This document shows, piece by piece, positions 38,780-49,251 of a stretch of 64,000 nucleotides of DNA. This stretch comes from Eubacteriales bacterium (GTDB lineage: Bacteria > Bacillota > Clostridia > Oscillospirales > CAG-272), in the NCBI GenBank assembly GCA_045657225.1, contig JAZOSR010000035.1, forward strand, positions 20,953-84,952. Reading direction: 5' to 3'. A model generated the notes under the pieces. It was not told where the DNA came from, made no database searches, and worked only from the letters and a program-made list of their open reading frames with translations. The position numbers were made by a program, and so were the translations under genes. Position 1 is the stretch's first letter; each line of letters starts with the position of its first letter.

Positions 38780-41527
38780 TCAAGAATTGTTCTGCGCGGC
38801 ACCGCAGCACTTTTTGTATTTTTTACCGCTGCCGCAGGGGCAAAGATCGTTTCTGCCGACCTTTTCTGCCTTGCGCACCACAACTGTCTTTTTTCTTGCG
38901 GCTCCGTCTTGTCCCTCAAAGCTTTCCTGCAAGGGCTTGGCGAGCTGCACGCGGCGAACGGGCTGCGGGCGCGGAATCACGGTCAGCACGTGGCGAACGG
39001 TTTCGTCACGGATCTCGGCGATCATCTCATCAAACATATCTGCGCCCTGCAGACGGTATTCGTTGACGGGATTGCGTTGTGCATAAGAGTGCAGACCAAT
39101 GCTTCCCTTCAAATCGTCCATGGCATCGATATGATCCATCCAATGACGGTCTACCGATTGCAACAAAATCGAGCGCTCGACCTCGCGGAAGGTCTCCTCG
39201 CCAAAGAGCTTTACCTTTTCCTCGTAGAGCGCCTCGGCGCGTGCGGTAAGGTGCTCGACCAGCGCATCTTGCTTGTTCTTCTCGGCAAGCACTGCCTCAA
39301 GCTCATCGTCGGTGTTGATCAAATAAGGCTTATAAACAGTGGCAAGACCTGCAATGTTACGGGTCTCCTCACTGCCATCGCCCCAATAAAGCGCCACGTT
39401 GTCGGCGATCGTCGAACGGATCATCGAAAGGATCGTTGCGGAAATATCCTCGCCGTTTAGCACGTCAAGACGTTGCTTATAAATGAGATTGCGTTGCTGG
39501 TTCATTACGTCGTCGTAGGTGAGGACGTTCTTACGGCGCTTAAAGTTGTTATCCTCAATGCGCTTTTGTGCCATTTCAATACGGCTTGACAAAAGTCCCA
39601 TTGAAAGCGGCTGATCGTCAGGCAGTCCCAAGCGGTCGGCAAAGCCCTGCATGCGGTCACCGCCAAACAAACGCATCAGATCATCCTCAAGCGAGAGGAA
39701 AAAGCGAGATTCGCCCGGGTCACCCTGACGGCCTGCACGACCGCGCAGCTGATTGTCAATACGGCGGCTCTCGTGACGCTCGGTACCGAGAATATAAAGT
39801 CCCCCTGCCGCGCGCACGCGCTCTGCCTCGGGTGGAATTTCTTTTTTATACTTTTCGTGAAGATCACGGAAGAGCTCGCATGCGGCACGTACCTCATCAT
39901 CCTCAATGTCGGTCGTGCCCGTTGCCATCGCGATCATTTCCTCGGTATATTCGAGCTTGCGCATCTCATTTTTGGCTAGGAACTCGGCATTGCCACCCAG
40001 CATAATGTCCGTACCGCGTCCTGCCATGTTTGTGGAGATCGTTACGGCACCGAATTTGCCTGCCTGCGCCACAATCTCCGCCTCGCGCTCATGGTGCTTG
40101 GCATTGAGGACGTTGTGCTTGATGCCGCGCTTCTTGAGCTTTGCGGAAAGCTCCTCGGACTTGTCTACACTGATCGTACCGACAAGCACGGGCTGACCCT
40201 TTTCGTGACATTCCACGATCTGGGCAATGATCGCATCATATTTCCCCTTGATATTCTTATAAACGTTATCGTTGTGATCAATGCGGATCATCGGCTTATT
40301 GGTGGGTACCTCCACCACGTCAAGCGCGTAGATCTCACGGAATTCCATATCCTCGGTGAGTGCCGTGCCCGTCATGCCCGAAAGCTTTTGATACATACGG
40401 AAATAATTCTGGAAGGTGATCGTCGCGAGCGTGCGGTTTTCCTTTTGCACCTCCACACCCTCTTTTGCCTCAATTGCTTGGTGCAAGCCGTTTGAGTAAC
40501 GGCGTCCCGGCATAATACGACCCGTGAAGGAATCCACGATCATCACGCCGTTTTCATTCACAACGTAATCAACGTCGCGCTTCATCACGCCCCATGCGTG
40601 AATGGCCTGATTGATGTGATGCGCGATCTCGGAATTGGCGGGATCGCCAAAGTTTTCAATACCGAAGAATTCCTCCGCGCGCGCGGCTCCGCGAGGGGTG
40701 ATGACCGCATTGCGTGCCTTCTCATCTACTACGTAATCGGCTTCGACCGTATCAAGCTCCTCTTTACTGTCAATTTCTTTTTTGACGAGCTTGGTCATGG
40801 TGCGCACCAGCGTATTCGCACGGTCGTAAAGATCGGTCGACTTTTGCCCTGCGCCCGAGATAATAAGCGGCGTGCGCGCCTCGTCAATGAGGATCGAGTC
40901 CACCTCGTCAACGATGGCGAAGGTGTGACCGCGCTGTACCATATCGGCCTTATACACCACCATGTTATCACGCAGATAATCAAATCCAAATTCATTGTTG
41001 GTGCCGTAGGTAATATCCGCATTGTATGCCGCCTGCTTCTCCGCGGGCGTAAGACCGTGAACCACAAGACCCGTGGAAAGACCCATAAAGGCATAGACTC
41101 TGCCCATTTCCTCACTGTCGCGGCGTGCAAGATAATCGTTGACGGTGACAACGTGCACACCATTCCCCGTCAGCGCGTTGAGGTAAGCGGGCATAGTCGC
41201 CACAAGGGTCTTACCCTCGCCCGTTTTCATTTCGGCAATACGACCTTGGTGCAAAATAATACCGCCCAGCAGTTGTACAAAGAAGGGGCGCTTGCCAAGC
41301 ACACGCTCGTCTGCCTCGCGTACTGCGGCAAATGCGTCGCACAAAATATCATCAAGTGTTTCACCCGCCGCAAGGCGCGCCTTCAGCTGCGGTGTGACAC
41401 CCGCAAGCTCCTCGTTTGACATTGCGGCATATTTGGGCGCAAGCGCCTCGATCTCGTTAGCGATGCGACGCAGCTTTTTAATTTGACGGTCACTGTATGA
41501 ACCGAACATTTTACGAAACAATCCCAT
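38780..41527 (-). CDS. secA: preprotein translocase ATPase SecA
   Basis: 915 aa; MKTGEGKT Walker A, DEVDSILIDEARTPLIISG, C-terminal zinc motif CPCGSGKKYKKCCG. Confidence 0.98.
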   Translation of the reverse strand: MGLFRKMFGSYSDRQIKKLRRIANEIEALAPKYAAMSNEELAGVTPQLKARLAAGETLDDILCDAFAAVREADERVLGKRPFFVQLLGGIILHQGRIAEMKTGEGKTLVATMPAYLNALTGNGVHVVTVNDYLARRDSEEMGRVYAFMGLSTGLVVHGLTPAEKQAAYNADITYGTNNEFGFDYLRDNMVVYKADMVQRGHTFAIVDEVDSILIDEARTPLIISGAGQKSTDLYDRANTLVRTMTKLVKKEIDSKEELDTVEADYVVDEKARNAVITPRGAARAEEFFGIENFGDPANSEIAHHINQAIHAWGVMKRDVDYVVNENGVMIVDSFTGRIMPGRRYSNGLHQAIEAKEGVEVQKENRTLATITFQNYFRMYQKLSGMTGTALTEDMEFREIYALDVVEVPTNKPMIRIDHNDNVYKNIKGKYDAIIAQIVECHEKGQPVLVGTISVDKSEELSAKLKKRGIKHNVLNAKHHEREAEIVAQAGKFGAVTISTNMAGRGTDIMLGGNAEFLAKNEMRKLEYTEEMIAMATGTTDIEDDEVRAACELFRDLHEKYKKEIPPEAERVRAAGGLYILGTERHESRRIDNQLRGRAGRQGDPGESRFFLSLEDDLMRLFGGDRMQGFADRLGLPDDQPLSMGLLSSRIEMAQKRIEDNNFKRRKNVLTYDDVMNQQRNLIYKQRLDVLNGEDISATILSMIRSTIADNVALYWGDGSEETRNIAGLATVYKPYLINTDDELEAVLAEKNKQDALVEHLTARAEALYEEKVKLFGEETFREVERSILLQSVDRHWMDHIDAMDDLKGSIGLHSYAQRNPVNEYRLQGADMFDEMIAEIRDETVRHVLTVIPRPQPVRRVQLAKPLQESFEGQDGAARKKTVVVRKAEKVGRNDLCPCGSGKKYKKCCGAAQNNS

Positions 41528-41686
41528 TGGGGGCCTCCAAAATATATAAATTATATTTATTATACTACATATAATAGAAAATTGCCATAGAAATCACGAA
41601 AAATTTGCAAATTTTTTTCACTCTCCCTTGCGCCTTGCGGACAAATCGGTTATAATGATAAGGATAACGAAAAGGGGGTGCTTGTT

Positions 41687-42199
41687 ATGCCCAAAATTCA
41701 TATCGTGCTTTTCGAGCCCGAAATTCCGCAAAACACGGGCAATATCGCGAGGACCTGTGCGGCAACGGGCGCTTCCCTGCACCTCATTAAGCCCATGGGC
41801 TTTGAGATCGACGACAAAAAGCTCAAGCGCGCAGGGCTTGATTATTGGGATAAGCTTGATATTACTTATTACGAAGGAATTGATGACTTTTTTTCAAAGC
41901 ACAGCGACGCGAAAATCTACTATTTTACCACCAAAGGCACGCACAATTATACCGAGGTAACCTATCCCGCAGAAGTGTTTTTGATGTTTGGTAAGGAAAG
42001 CGCGGGACTGCCCGAGGAGCTTTTATTCTCTCACCCAGGAGAGGCACTGCGTATCCCGATGCGTGACAAGCTTCGTAGCCTCAATCTCTCGAATTCCGTG
42101 GCAATTGCGGTATACGAGGTTCTTCGCCAAGATCATTTTAGTGATCTGCGCGAGTCGGGCGAGCTGACAAAATACGATTGGAACGATGCAAATGGATAA
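41687..42199 (+). CDS. trmL: tRNA (cytidine/uridine-2'-O-)-methyltransferase TrmL
   Basis: MPKIHIVLFEPEIPQNTGNIARTCAATG start typical of TrmL; SpoU knot motifs at the C-terminus. Confidence 0.9.
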   Translation: MPKIHIVLFEPEIPQNTGNIARTCAATGASLHLIKPMGFEIDDKKLKRAGLDYWDKLDITYYEGIDDFFSKHSDAKIYYFTTKGTHNYTEVTYPAEVFLMFGKESAGLPEELLFSHPGEALRIPMRDKLRSLNLSNSVAIAVYEVLRQDHFSDLRESGELTKYDWNDANG

Positions 42200-43241
42200 A
42201 ATCATGATCGCGATGAGCGGCGGCGTTGACAGTGCCGTTGCCGCTTATCTTACTGCAAAAGACGTGACCTGTGCGGGTGTTACGATGTATCTTGCCAAAG
42301 ACGGCACACATCACGCCCAAAATGCAAAAAAAGATATTGCCGATGCGCGCGCGATCTGCGAGAAGCTTCATATCCCGCATTTTACAGCCGATCTATCGGC
42401 GGAATTTTCGCGCGAGGTCGTTGATCGCTTTGTAAAAAGCTATCTTGCAGGCGAAACGCCTAACCCTTGTGTCGATTGCAACCGTTACATCAAATTCGGC
42501 GCTCTGTTTGATTTTGCAAGAAAAAACGGATATCAGAGCATTGCAACGGGACATTATGCGCGAGTTGAACGCGATGCCTCGGGCAAATATTTACTCCGCC
42601 GCGCCAAGGATACCTCAAAGGACCAAAGCTATATGCTTTATTCTCTTTCTCAAGAAACGCTCGCCGCCACGCGATTTCCGCTTGGTGACCTTACCAAGGA
42701 TGAGGTGCGCGAAATCGCGAGAGGACTTGATTTTGCCGTTGCGCACAAAAGCGACAGCCAGGATATTTGCTTCGTGCCAAACGGAGATTACGCAAGTATG
42801 ATCGAGGAAATAACAAAAACAAGCATCCCGCGCGGCAATTTTCTCTCGCTTGACGGCAAGGTGCTGGGTGAGCATCAAGGCATTATCCGCTATACGGTCG
42901 GTCAAGGCAAAGGACTTGGTATTTCGCTTGGTAAGAAAATGTTCGTGGTTTCCAAATCCGCCGCCGATCACACCGTCACACTCGGTGATGAAAAGGAGCT
43001 TTATACCACACGCCTTACGGCATCAAACATTAATTTGATCCCCTTTGATAAAATGTCCTCTAAAATGAAGCTGACCGCGAAGGCACGCTATCGCCAAGCA
43101 CCCGCCGAGGTTATAGTTGAGCAAACGGGTGAGGATGAGTTGACCGTTGAATTTAGCGAGCCGCAACGTGCGATCGCCGCAGGACAATCCCTTGTTTTAT
43201 ACGACGGCGAGTATGTTATCGGTGGCGGTAAGATCAATTAA
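42186..43241 (+). CDS. mnmA: tRNA 2-thiouridine(34) synthase
   Basis: PP-loop AMSGGVDSAVAA, CVDCN and DQSY motifs. Confidence 0.95.
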   Translation: MQMDKIMIAMSGGVDSAVAAYLTAKDVTCAGVTMYLAKDGTHHAQNAKKDIADARAICEKLHIPHFTADLSAEFSREVVDRFVKSYLAGETPNPCVDCNRYIKFGALFDFARKNGYQSIATGHYARVERDASGKYLLRRAKDTSKDQSYMLYSLSQETLAATRFPLGDLTKDEVREIARGLDFAVAHKSDSQDICFVPNGDYASMIEEITKTSIPRGNFLSLDGKVLGEHQGIIRYTVGQGKGLGISLGKKMFVVSKSAADHTVTLGDEKELYTTRLTASNINLIPFDKMSSKMKLTAKARYRQAPAEVIVEQTGEDELTVEFSEPQRAIAAGQSLVLYDGEYVIGGGKIN

Positions 43242-43251
43242 AAATCACAAA

Positions 43252-43288
43252 ACCGAGCGCACAAAATTTGTGCGCTCGGTGCTTTTTT
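43252..43288 (+). terminator. terminator between convergent mnmA and PBP gene
   Basis: ACCGAGCGCAC-AAAATTT-GTGCGCTCGGT followed by GCTTTTTT. Confidence 0.8.
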
Positions 43289-45668
43289 ACGGCAAAAGCA
43301 GCCGCCGATCCCAAAAGTCGTCAAGGGTATGCTGTGGACAAATTCTATTATAGGGTATCACCCCCATAGGAATGCCGTAATGTGAGCTTGTTTGACCTTC
43401 TTGTGCATAATACGGCTCATTATCGGTTAAAAAAGGTTTCTTTTCGTGACATTCTCCACCGTAAGAATAAGGTGCGTCCAACACCTTTATCTGCCGTGGA
43501 AAGTGTCTTGACACGCGCAAAAGCGCAACCTTGTGCCTGCACTCCGTGGGGCATTTGTCACACGCGACGCCCCCACCCTCACAGTAATCGATCAACGTGT
43601 GGCAGTCGCAATAAGAGGTTGGCTCCGTGCCTTTTTTGAAATAACCGATCTCGCTGCGGTCGCCGCGCGGATCAAGCGCGCAATTTTGTGAAAGCAGCTT
43701 TCCCGAATCCTTGCAATAACGAACTGAAATCACATTTTCATTTGTAGGAAAGCTCTTCTGCACGTCGCTTCGCTCGGCAAGAATTTCTCCCATCACCGCA
43801 TCGAAAATGGCAAGCGCGTGATTCCCCCTCACATCCGCAACCGATCGCGGCTCGTCAAAGCCGTACCACACGCCCGCGAGATATTGCGGCGTGTAACCTA
43901 TAAACCATTTATCACAGTTTTTACTGCTCGTTCCCGTCTTCCCTGCCACGTCTGTCTTTGTGTCAACAGTCAGATCTCTGCCCGTGCCTTCTCTTACGGC
44001 TCGCCTTAGCATCATTGTGGTAATATACGCAGTTTCCGCAGAAAACACGCGCTCGCTTTTATCCTCGTTGCTTAAAAGAAGCTCGTTTTTCTCACTTAGC
44101 ACCTTATAAAAGCTTTTTGTTCCGCAAAAATAGCCCCCTGAGGAAAGCGCCGTATAACCACCCACCACCTCGCGAAGAGATACACCGTTTGACTGCTGTC
44201 CGAGTGCGAGTGCCGCGGCACCCATATCTCCCTTTTCGCTCAAGGACGAAAAACCAAGCTTATCCTTTAAAAAATGAAAGGAGCTTGCGTTTCCAAGCCT
44301 TTGCAAGATTGAAACACTAACCGTATTGATCGAATAGGTCAGCGCCGTCCCTGCGGTGGTAAGACCTCTGTATAGGTCGGGCGAATTGCGCGGCCACGGC
44401 GCGCCGTTCTCGCGAAAGCTGATCGGCACGTCATCAAACACGCTTCCATAGGTGATGAGCCCCTGTTCAAGCGCGGGTGCATATACAGCCAAAGGCTTGA
44501 TAACAGACCCCGATGGGCGCGTGGTATTGAAGGCGTAATTTTGTGATCGATTGGCGTTTTTTGTGCCAATCGCGCCCGCTACGGCTAAAATATGCCCGTT
44601 TTTTGCATCGGTGATCATCATAGCACTCTGTGCTTTTTTACCGTTTTCGTGTGTGGGAAAGTTTTCCTTGTTTTCATAAAACCGCAGAAGCACACGCTCA
44701 ATTTGGGGATCTATCGTGGTATAGATCTTTAAGCCGCCGCAATACACAAGACGGCTCGCGCGCTCCTTGCTATATCCCTTTTCCTTTACAAGCGCATTGA
44801 TGACGTCCTCTATGACCAAATCCGCATACCAGGAATTGATCCTTCCCGTCATGACACGGTCGTTGACGCGGAGGGCGGTAGCCGACGATTTTGCCTCCTG
44901 CCATGCCGCATCGTCAATCATGCCCTGTGCGTGCATTTCATCAAGAATAATATCTCGGCGAACACGATTTTCATCGGGGTGCTTTATGGGATCGTATTTT
45001 GCGGGATTATTGGTGATCGCGGCGATCGTAGCGCATTCCGCCAGCGAAAGCTCGCCCACTTCCTTTGAAAAATAAGCGTTTGCGGCAGTTTTCACGCCAA
45101 GACAGCCTCTTGCGAGATTAACGACGTTTAAATACTGCTCAAGAATTTCATCCTTTGAAAATTCCTTTTCGAGTTTTGCCGCACGCATGACCTCGCCCAC
45201 CTTGCGCGTGACACTCTTTTGACTTTCTCCCGTTAGGTTTTTGATCAACTGCTGTGTGATGGTTGAGCCGCCAAAGTCACCTCTGCCGCCGCTTGTGACA
45301 AAGCGCCCCGCGGCAGAAGCGGTACGCCGCCAATCAACACCGCCGTGCTCGTAAAAGCGCTTATCCTCAATCGCGATAAATGCGTTTTTAAGATCATTTG
45401 GCACTTCACCGATCGGAGAAAACAGCATATTTTCATATCCGCTGATGCGATCATCTTCAAGCTCCAGCGCCTCGCCCTGCTTGTTATAATAATATAACCT
45501 CGTTGTTTTATCGCCCCTAATGAAAAGCGCGTCGTTTATATCGCTTTTCACAAAAAACAAGGCAAACACACTAAAGCCTATGACAAAAGCGGTTACCAAA
45601 ACCGTACAGGATAATTGCAAAAGCAGTAAAAATCGAAGGAATCTTCCCTTTTTTTCGTTTTCACACAT
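43287..45668 (-). CDS. class A penicillin-binding protein (glycosyltransferase + transpeptidase) with Cys-rich C-terminal extension
   Basis: IAIEDKRFYEHGGVD, GGSTITQQL (GT51); SGSVIKP SxxK (TPase). Start set at MCENEKK (45668), after a GC hairpin; ORF-track start 45701 is an alternative. Confidence 0.92.
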   Translation of the reverse strand: MCENEKKGRFLRFLLLLQLSCTVLVTAFVIGFSVFALFFVKSDINDALFIRGDKTTRLYYYNKQGEALELEDDRISGYENMLFSPIGEVPNDLKNAFIAIEDKRFYEHGGVDWRRTASAAGRFVTSGGRGDFGGSTITQQLIKNLTGESQKSVTRKVGEVMRAAKLEKEFSKDEILEQYLNVVNLARGCLGVKTAANAYFSKEVGELSLAECATIAAITNNPAKYDPIKHPDENRVRRDIILDEMHAQGMIDDAAWQEAKSSATALRVNDRVMTGRINSWYADLVIEDVINALVKEKGYSKERASRLVYCGGLKIYTTIDPQIERVLLRFYENKENFPTHENGKKAQSAMMITDAKNGHILAVAGAIGTKNANRSQNYAFNTTRPSGSVIKPLAVYAPALEQGLITYGSVFDDVPISFRENGAPWPRNSPDLYRGLTTAGTALTYSINTVSVSILQRLGNASSFHFLKDKLGFSSLSEKGDMGAAALALGQQSNGVSLREVVGGYTALSSGGYFCGTKSFYKVLSEKNELLLSNEDKSERVFSAETAYITTMMLRRAVREGTGRDLTVDTKTDVAGKTGTSSKNCDKWFIGYTPQYLAGVWYGFDEPRSVADVRGNHALAIFDAVMGEILAERSDVQKSFPTNENVISVRYCKDSGKLLSQNCALDPRGDRSEIGYFKKGTEPTSYCDCHTLIDYCEGGGVACDKCPTECRHKVALLRVSRHFPRQIKVLDAPYSYGGECHEKKPFLTDNEPYYAQEGQTSSHYGIPMGVIPYNRICPQHTLDDFWDRRLLLP

Positions 45669-45761
45669 AACAATCACCCCCGCCTTGTTAGTGTTGCGCA
45701 AGGCGGGGGTGAAATACCTGTTCTTATATGGGATAATTGCGTGATTTTTGTTATTTAAGCT

Positions 45762-48700
45762 TTATTTGGGCACGACGTTTTCTGCTCCCAACATATCCTT
45801 TAGCTTTTGCAGTAAGGCTTCTTCGCGTTTGACACCGAAGACCTGCTTGTGATAGGTCTTTTTCTCGTTGTCAAAAAAGGAAAGCGCAAGATCGCCCGTG
45901 TTGGCAAGCAAATATTTGCGCACTTCAAAATAAAGCGGCGCGGTAAGCGAGGGCACGCGCAAATAAAGATGTGCGGCATGGGTTAACGGACTATCGCTTG
46001 CAATGGGCGTTTTGACGGACTGCTTACCGTCGTTTGGCGTGAGCGCTTGCAGACGTGATACCAAAATTTTCGGCGGCTCGTCCTCGCGCAGTGAGATCTG
46101 TCCTTCTACGCGCAGTACACTGTCGCTTCCCAAAATATCAAGATAGCGCTCGCGTACCTTTGGAAAAACCACGCACTCAATTTCGCCCGTGCGATCCTCC
46201 AGCGTGAAAAACGCCATTTTTTGGTCGGTTTTCGTTGATTTTACCGTCATGGCAGTGACGATGCCCGCAACAGTCACGTTTTCCTTGTCTGAAACAAGAT
46301 AACCGTCCTCACCGTCACTCTCGCATATTTCCTCCACCGTTTTAAGGTCGGGGGCACAGAGCGCTTTTGAAAAGCCGTCAAGCACGTGACCCGAGAAATA
46401 CATGCCCGAAGCCTCTTTTTCCTGCAAAAGAAGGGTTTGAAGCTCGTATTCGGGCAATTCGGGATAGGTGACCGCGGGCGTTGCCTCAACGGCGGTAAAC
46501 ATATCAAGCTGTCCTGTGAGATTGGTGCGATTGCGCCCCTGCTGATAATCGACCAGCTGCTCGTAAACCGCCATCAGGCGACTGCGGTAAACGCCAAGCG
46601 TATCGAAGGCGCCCGCCTTGATCAGTGATTCAATTTGACGCTTGTTGAGGTCATAGGGTGCCATGCGCTCCACAAATTCCTCAAAAGATCGGTAGCGACC
46701 GTTTTGCTCGCGCTCGCTGACAACCGCTTCAAGAAACTGTCTGCCCACGTTTTTCAGTGCGAGAAGTCCAAAGCGGATATGGTCGCCACACGCCGAAAAA
46801 TCCACCTCGGATTCGTTTATATCGGGGGGCAACACACGCACGCCTCGCTTGCCGACCTCGGCAATATACGCCGCAATTTTGGGCAAATTTCCAAGCTCGG
46901 AGGTAAGGAGCGCCGCAAAATATTCCTTTGGCGCATGCTCCTTCAGATACGCGGTGCGGTAGGAGATCACGGCGTATGCCGCCGCGTGGCTTTTATTAAA
47001 GGCATAATTGGCAAAGGAGGAAAGATCGTCAAAGAGCTTCCCTGCCGCCTCGGCTGCAATGCCGTTTTTGGCGCATCCCGCAAGGAACGCGCCACGCTCC
47101 GCTTCCATCACGTCTGCTTTTTTCTTTGCCATGGCACGGCGCACAATGTCTGCCTTGCCAAAGGTATATCCCGCAAGCTCACGGAAGATCTGCATGACCT
47201 GCTCTTGATAGACCACGCATCCGTAGGTGTTTTTGAGGATGGGCTCAAGCTGCGGAATATCGTATATCACCGCATCGGGATTGCGGTGATTCTCAATAAA
47301 TTTCGGGATCGATTCCATTGGTCCCGGGCGATAAAGGGCGATTGCCGCCACAATATCCTCAAAGCAAGTGGGGGAAAGGTTTGCAAGCATTTGTCGCATA
47401 CCACCCGATTCAAGCTGAAAAATACCCGAGGTGTTTCCCTTCGCGATCAAGCGATAGGTCGCCGCATCGTCAAACGGAATCTTATTAAGATCAAAGGAAG
47501 GATCTGTCTTTTGAACCGCCGTGGCGGCATCGTTCATGATCGTCAGATACCGCAATCCCAGAAAATCGAATTTCAAAAGCCCAAGCGACGCAACCGTATC
47601 CATATCGTATTGCGTAATCACCGCGCCATTGCTGACCGCGATCGGCAAGTGGCGATCAAGCGCTTCTTTGGTAATGACAATGCCTGCCGCATGGATTGAA
47701 AGATTGCGCGGCATACCCTCAAGCGCCATTGAAAGGTCGATCAGCCTTTTCACGGTAGGACTGCTATCATATAGCCTTTTCAAATCGGGCAGCTTCAATG
47801 CGTGCTTGATGGTGATACCAAGCTCGCGCGGAATAGCTTTTGCCACGGCATCAACCTCGACATACGGCAAGCCAAGCACACGCCCAACGTCACGCACCGC
47901 GGCACGCGCCGCAAGGGTGCCAAAGGTCACGATCTGCGTGACGTGATCCTTGCCGTAACGGCGCGTCACGTATTCTATGACCTCCTCGCGCCTGTTGTAG
48001 CAAAAGTCAATATCAATATCGGGCATACTGACGCGCTCGGGATTCAAAAAGCGCTCGAAAAGTAATTCGTGCGGCAACGGATCAACGTCGGTAATGCCGA
48101 GGAAATACGCCACCAAGCTTCCCGCACCCGAGCCACGTCCGGGACCCACGGGAATATGCTTGCTTTTGGCAAAATTCACGTAATCCTGCACGATAAGGAA
48201 ATAATCGGCATATCCCATATCGTTGATGACCGAGAGCTCGTATTCCATACGCGCTCTGTATTGCGAGAGCGAAAAGCGCGCGGTGGATAAGCATCCCTCT
48301 TTTTCCCTCTTTTCCATGCCCGCTTTGGTGAGAGCGGCAAGGTATTCCTTGGCATCTTGTCCGTCGGGGCAAGGAAATTGCGGCAAATAGGTTTTGGTAA
48401 AATCAAACTCAAACGAGCAACGATCGGCAATTTTTACCGTATTTTCAAGTGCGCCCTCAAAGCTTTCGAACAAAGCGCGCATTTCGTCGCTGTTTTTATA
48501 GTAAAATTCGTCGGTTTCAAAGCCGATCGGGCGACCGTCCGCGAGGCGTGTGTTCGTCTGAATGCACATGAGGACCGCCTGCGTGCCCGCGTCCTCGCGC
48601 GTGAGGTAATGACAATCGTTGGTGGCTACCATGGGCAGATTCAATTTTCTTGCAAGCTGGGCAAGCATGGGCAAAATTTGCTGTTGCTGGGGGAGCCCGT

Positions 48701-49229
48701 GATCCTGCAATTCAATATAAAAACGATCCTTGCCGAAAATCTCGGCAAGCTCAGCGGCGCTCTTACAAGCGGCATCAAAATCCCCTGCCACAAGCATCTG
48801 CGGAATGCGCCCTGCAAGGCATCCCGAAAGGGCGATAAGTCCCTTTGAATATTCCTTTAAAAGCTCAATGTCCACGCGCGGCTTGCTGTAAAAGCCCTCG
48901 GTAAAGGAGAGGGATACCATGCGAATGAGATTTTGATAACCGATTTCATTTTCACAAAGCAAAACAAGGTGATTGGGGTGTGCGTCCTGCGTGCTTTTCG
49001 CAAAGCGCGAGCGCGGTGCCACATATACCTCGCAGCCAATGATCGGCTTGATGCCCTCTGCCTTGCAGGCGCGGTAAAACGCCACAGCGCCGTACATCAC
49101 ACCGTGATCGGTCAGTGCTACCGCACTGTGACCGCAAGCCTTGGCGCGGCGCGGTATTTCGCTCACACGGCACGCGCCGTCAAGCAGGCTGTATTCGCTG
49201 TGCAAATGCAAATGTACAAAATCCGACAT
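45762..49229 (-). CDS. dnaE: DNA polymerase III alpha subunit
   Basis: PHP N-terminus FVHLHLHSEYSLLDGA; full-length DnaE. Start at MSDFVHLH (SD AAGGAGGG). Confidence 0.97.
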   Translation of the reverse strand: MSDFVHLHLHSEYSLLDGACRVSEIPRRAKACGHSAVALTDHGVMYGAVAFYRACKAEGIKPIIGCEVYVAPRSRFAKSTQDAHPNHLVLLCENEIGYQNLIRMVSLSFTEGFYSKPRVDIELLKEYSKGLIALSGCLAGRIPQMLVAGDFDAACKSAAELAEIFGKDRFYIELQDHGLPQQQQILPMLAQLARKLNLPMVATNDCHYLTREDAGTQAVLMCIQTNTRLADGRPIGFETDEFYYKNSDEMRALFESFEGALENTVKIADRCSFEFDFTKTYLPQFPCPDGQDAKEYLAALTKAGMEKREKEGCLSTARFSLSQYRARMEYELSVINDMGYADYFLIVQDYVNFAKSKHIPVGPGRGSGAGSLVAYFLGITDVDPLPHELLFERFLNPERVSMPDIDIDFCYNRREEVIEYVTRRYGKDHVTQIVTFGTLAARAAVRDVGRVLGLPYVEVDAVAKAIPRELGITIKHALKLPDLKRLYDSSPTVKRLIDLSMALEGMPRNLSIHAAGIVITKEALDRHLPIAVSNGAVITQYDMDTVASLGLLKFDFLGLRYLTIMNDAATAVQKTDPSFDLNKIPFDDAATYRLIAKGNTSGIFQLESGGMRQMLANLSPTCFEDIVAAIALYRPGPMESIPKFIENHRNPDAVIYDIPQLEPILKNTYGCVVYQEQVMQIFRELAGYTFGKADIVRRAMAKKKADVMEAERGAFLAGCAKNGIAAEAAGKLFDDLSSFANYAFNKSHAAAYAVISYRTAYLKEHAPKEYFAALLTSELGNLPKIAAYIAEVGKRGVRVLPPDINESEVDFSACGDHIRFGLLALKNVGRQFLEAVVSEREQNGRYRSFEEFVERMAPYDLNKRQIESLIKAGAFDTLGVYRSRLMAVYEQLVDYQQGRNRTNLTGQLDMFTAVEATPAVTYPELPEYELQTLLLQEKEASGMYFSGHVLDGFSKALCAPDLKTVEEICESDGEDGYLVSDKENVTVAGIVTAMTVKSTKTDQKMAFFTLEDRTGEIECVVFPKVRERYLDILGSDSVLRVEGQISLREDEPPKILVSRLQALTPNDGKQSVKTPIASDSPLTHAAHLYLRVPSLTAPLYFEVRKYLLANTGDLALSFFDNEKKTYHKQVFGVKREEALLQKLKDMLGAENVVPK

Positions 49230-49251
49230 GCTTTTCCCTCCTTTTCTTTTA

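Noticed and set aside
38759-41419. Several 130-270-aa plus-strand ORFs (38759-39460, 40091-40495, 40598-41419)
   Set aside because: All are antisense to secA and are shadow frames.
46635-47699. 354-aa plus-strand ORF, and other long plus-strand ORFs between 46.3 and 49.3 kb
   Set aside because: They are antisense to dnaE, which is full-length and motif-complete. They are shadow frames.
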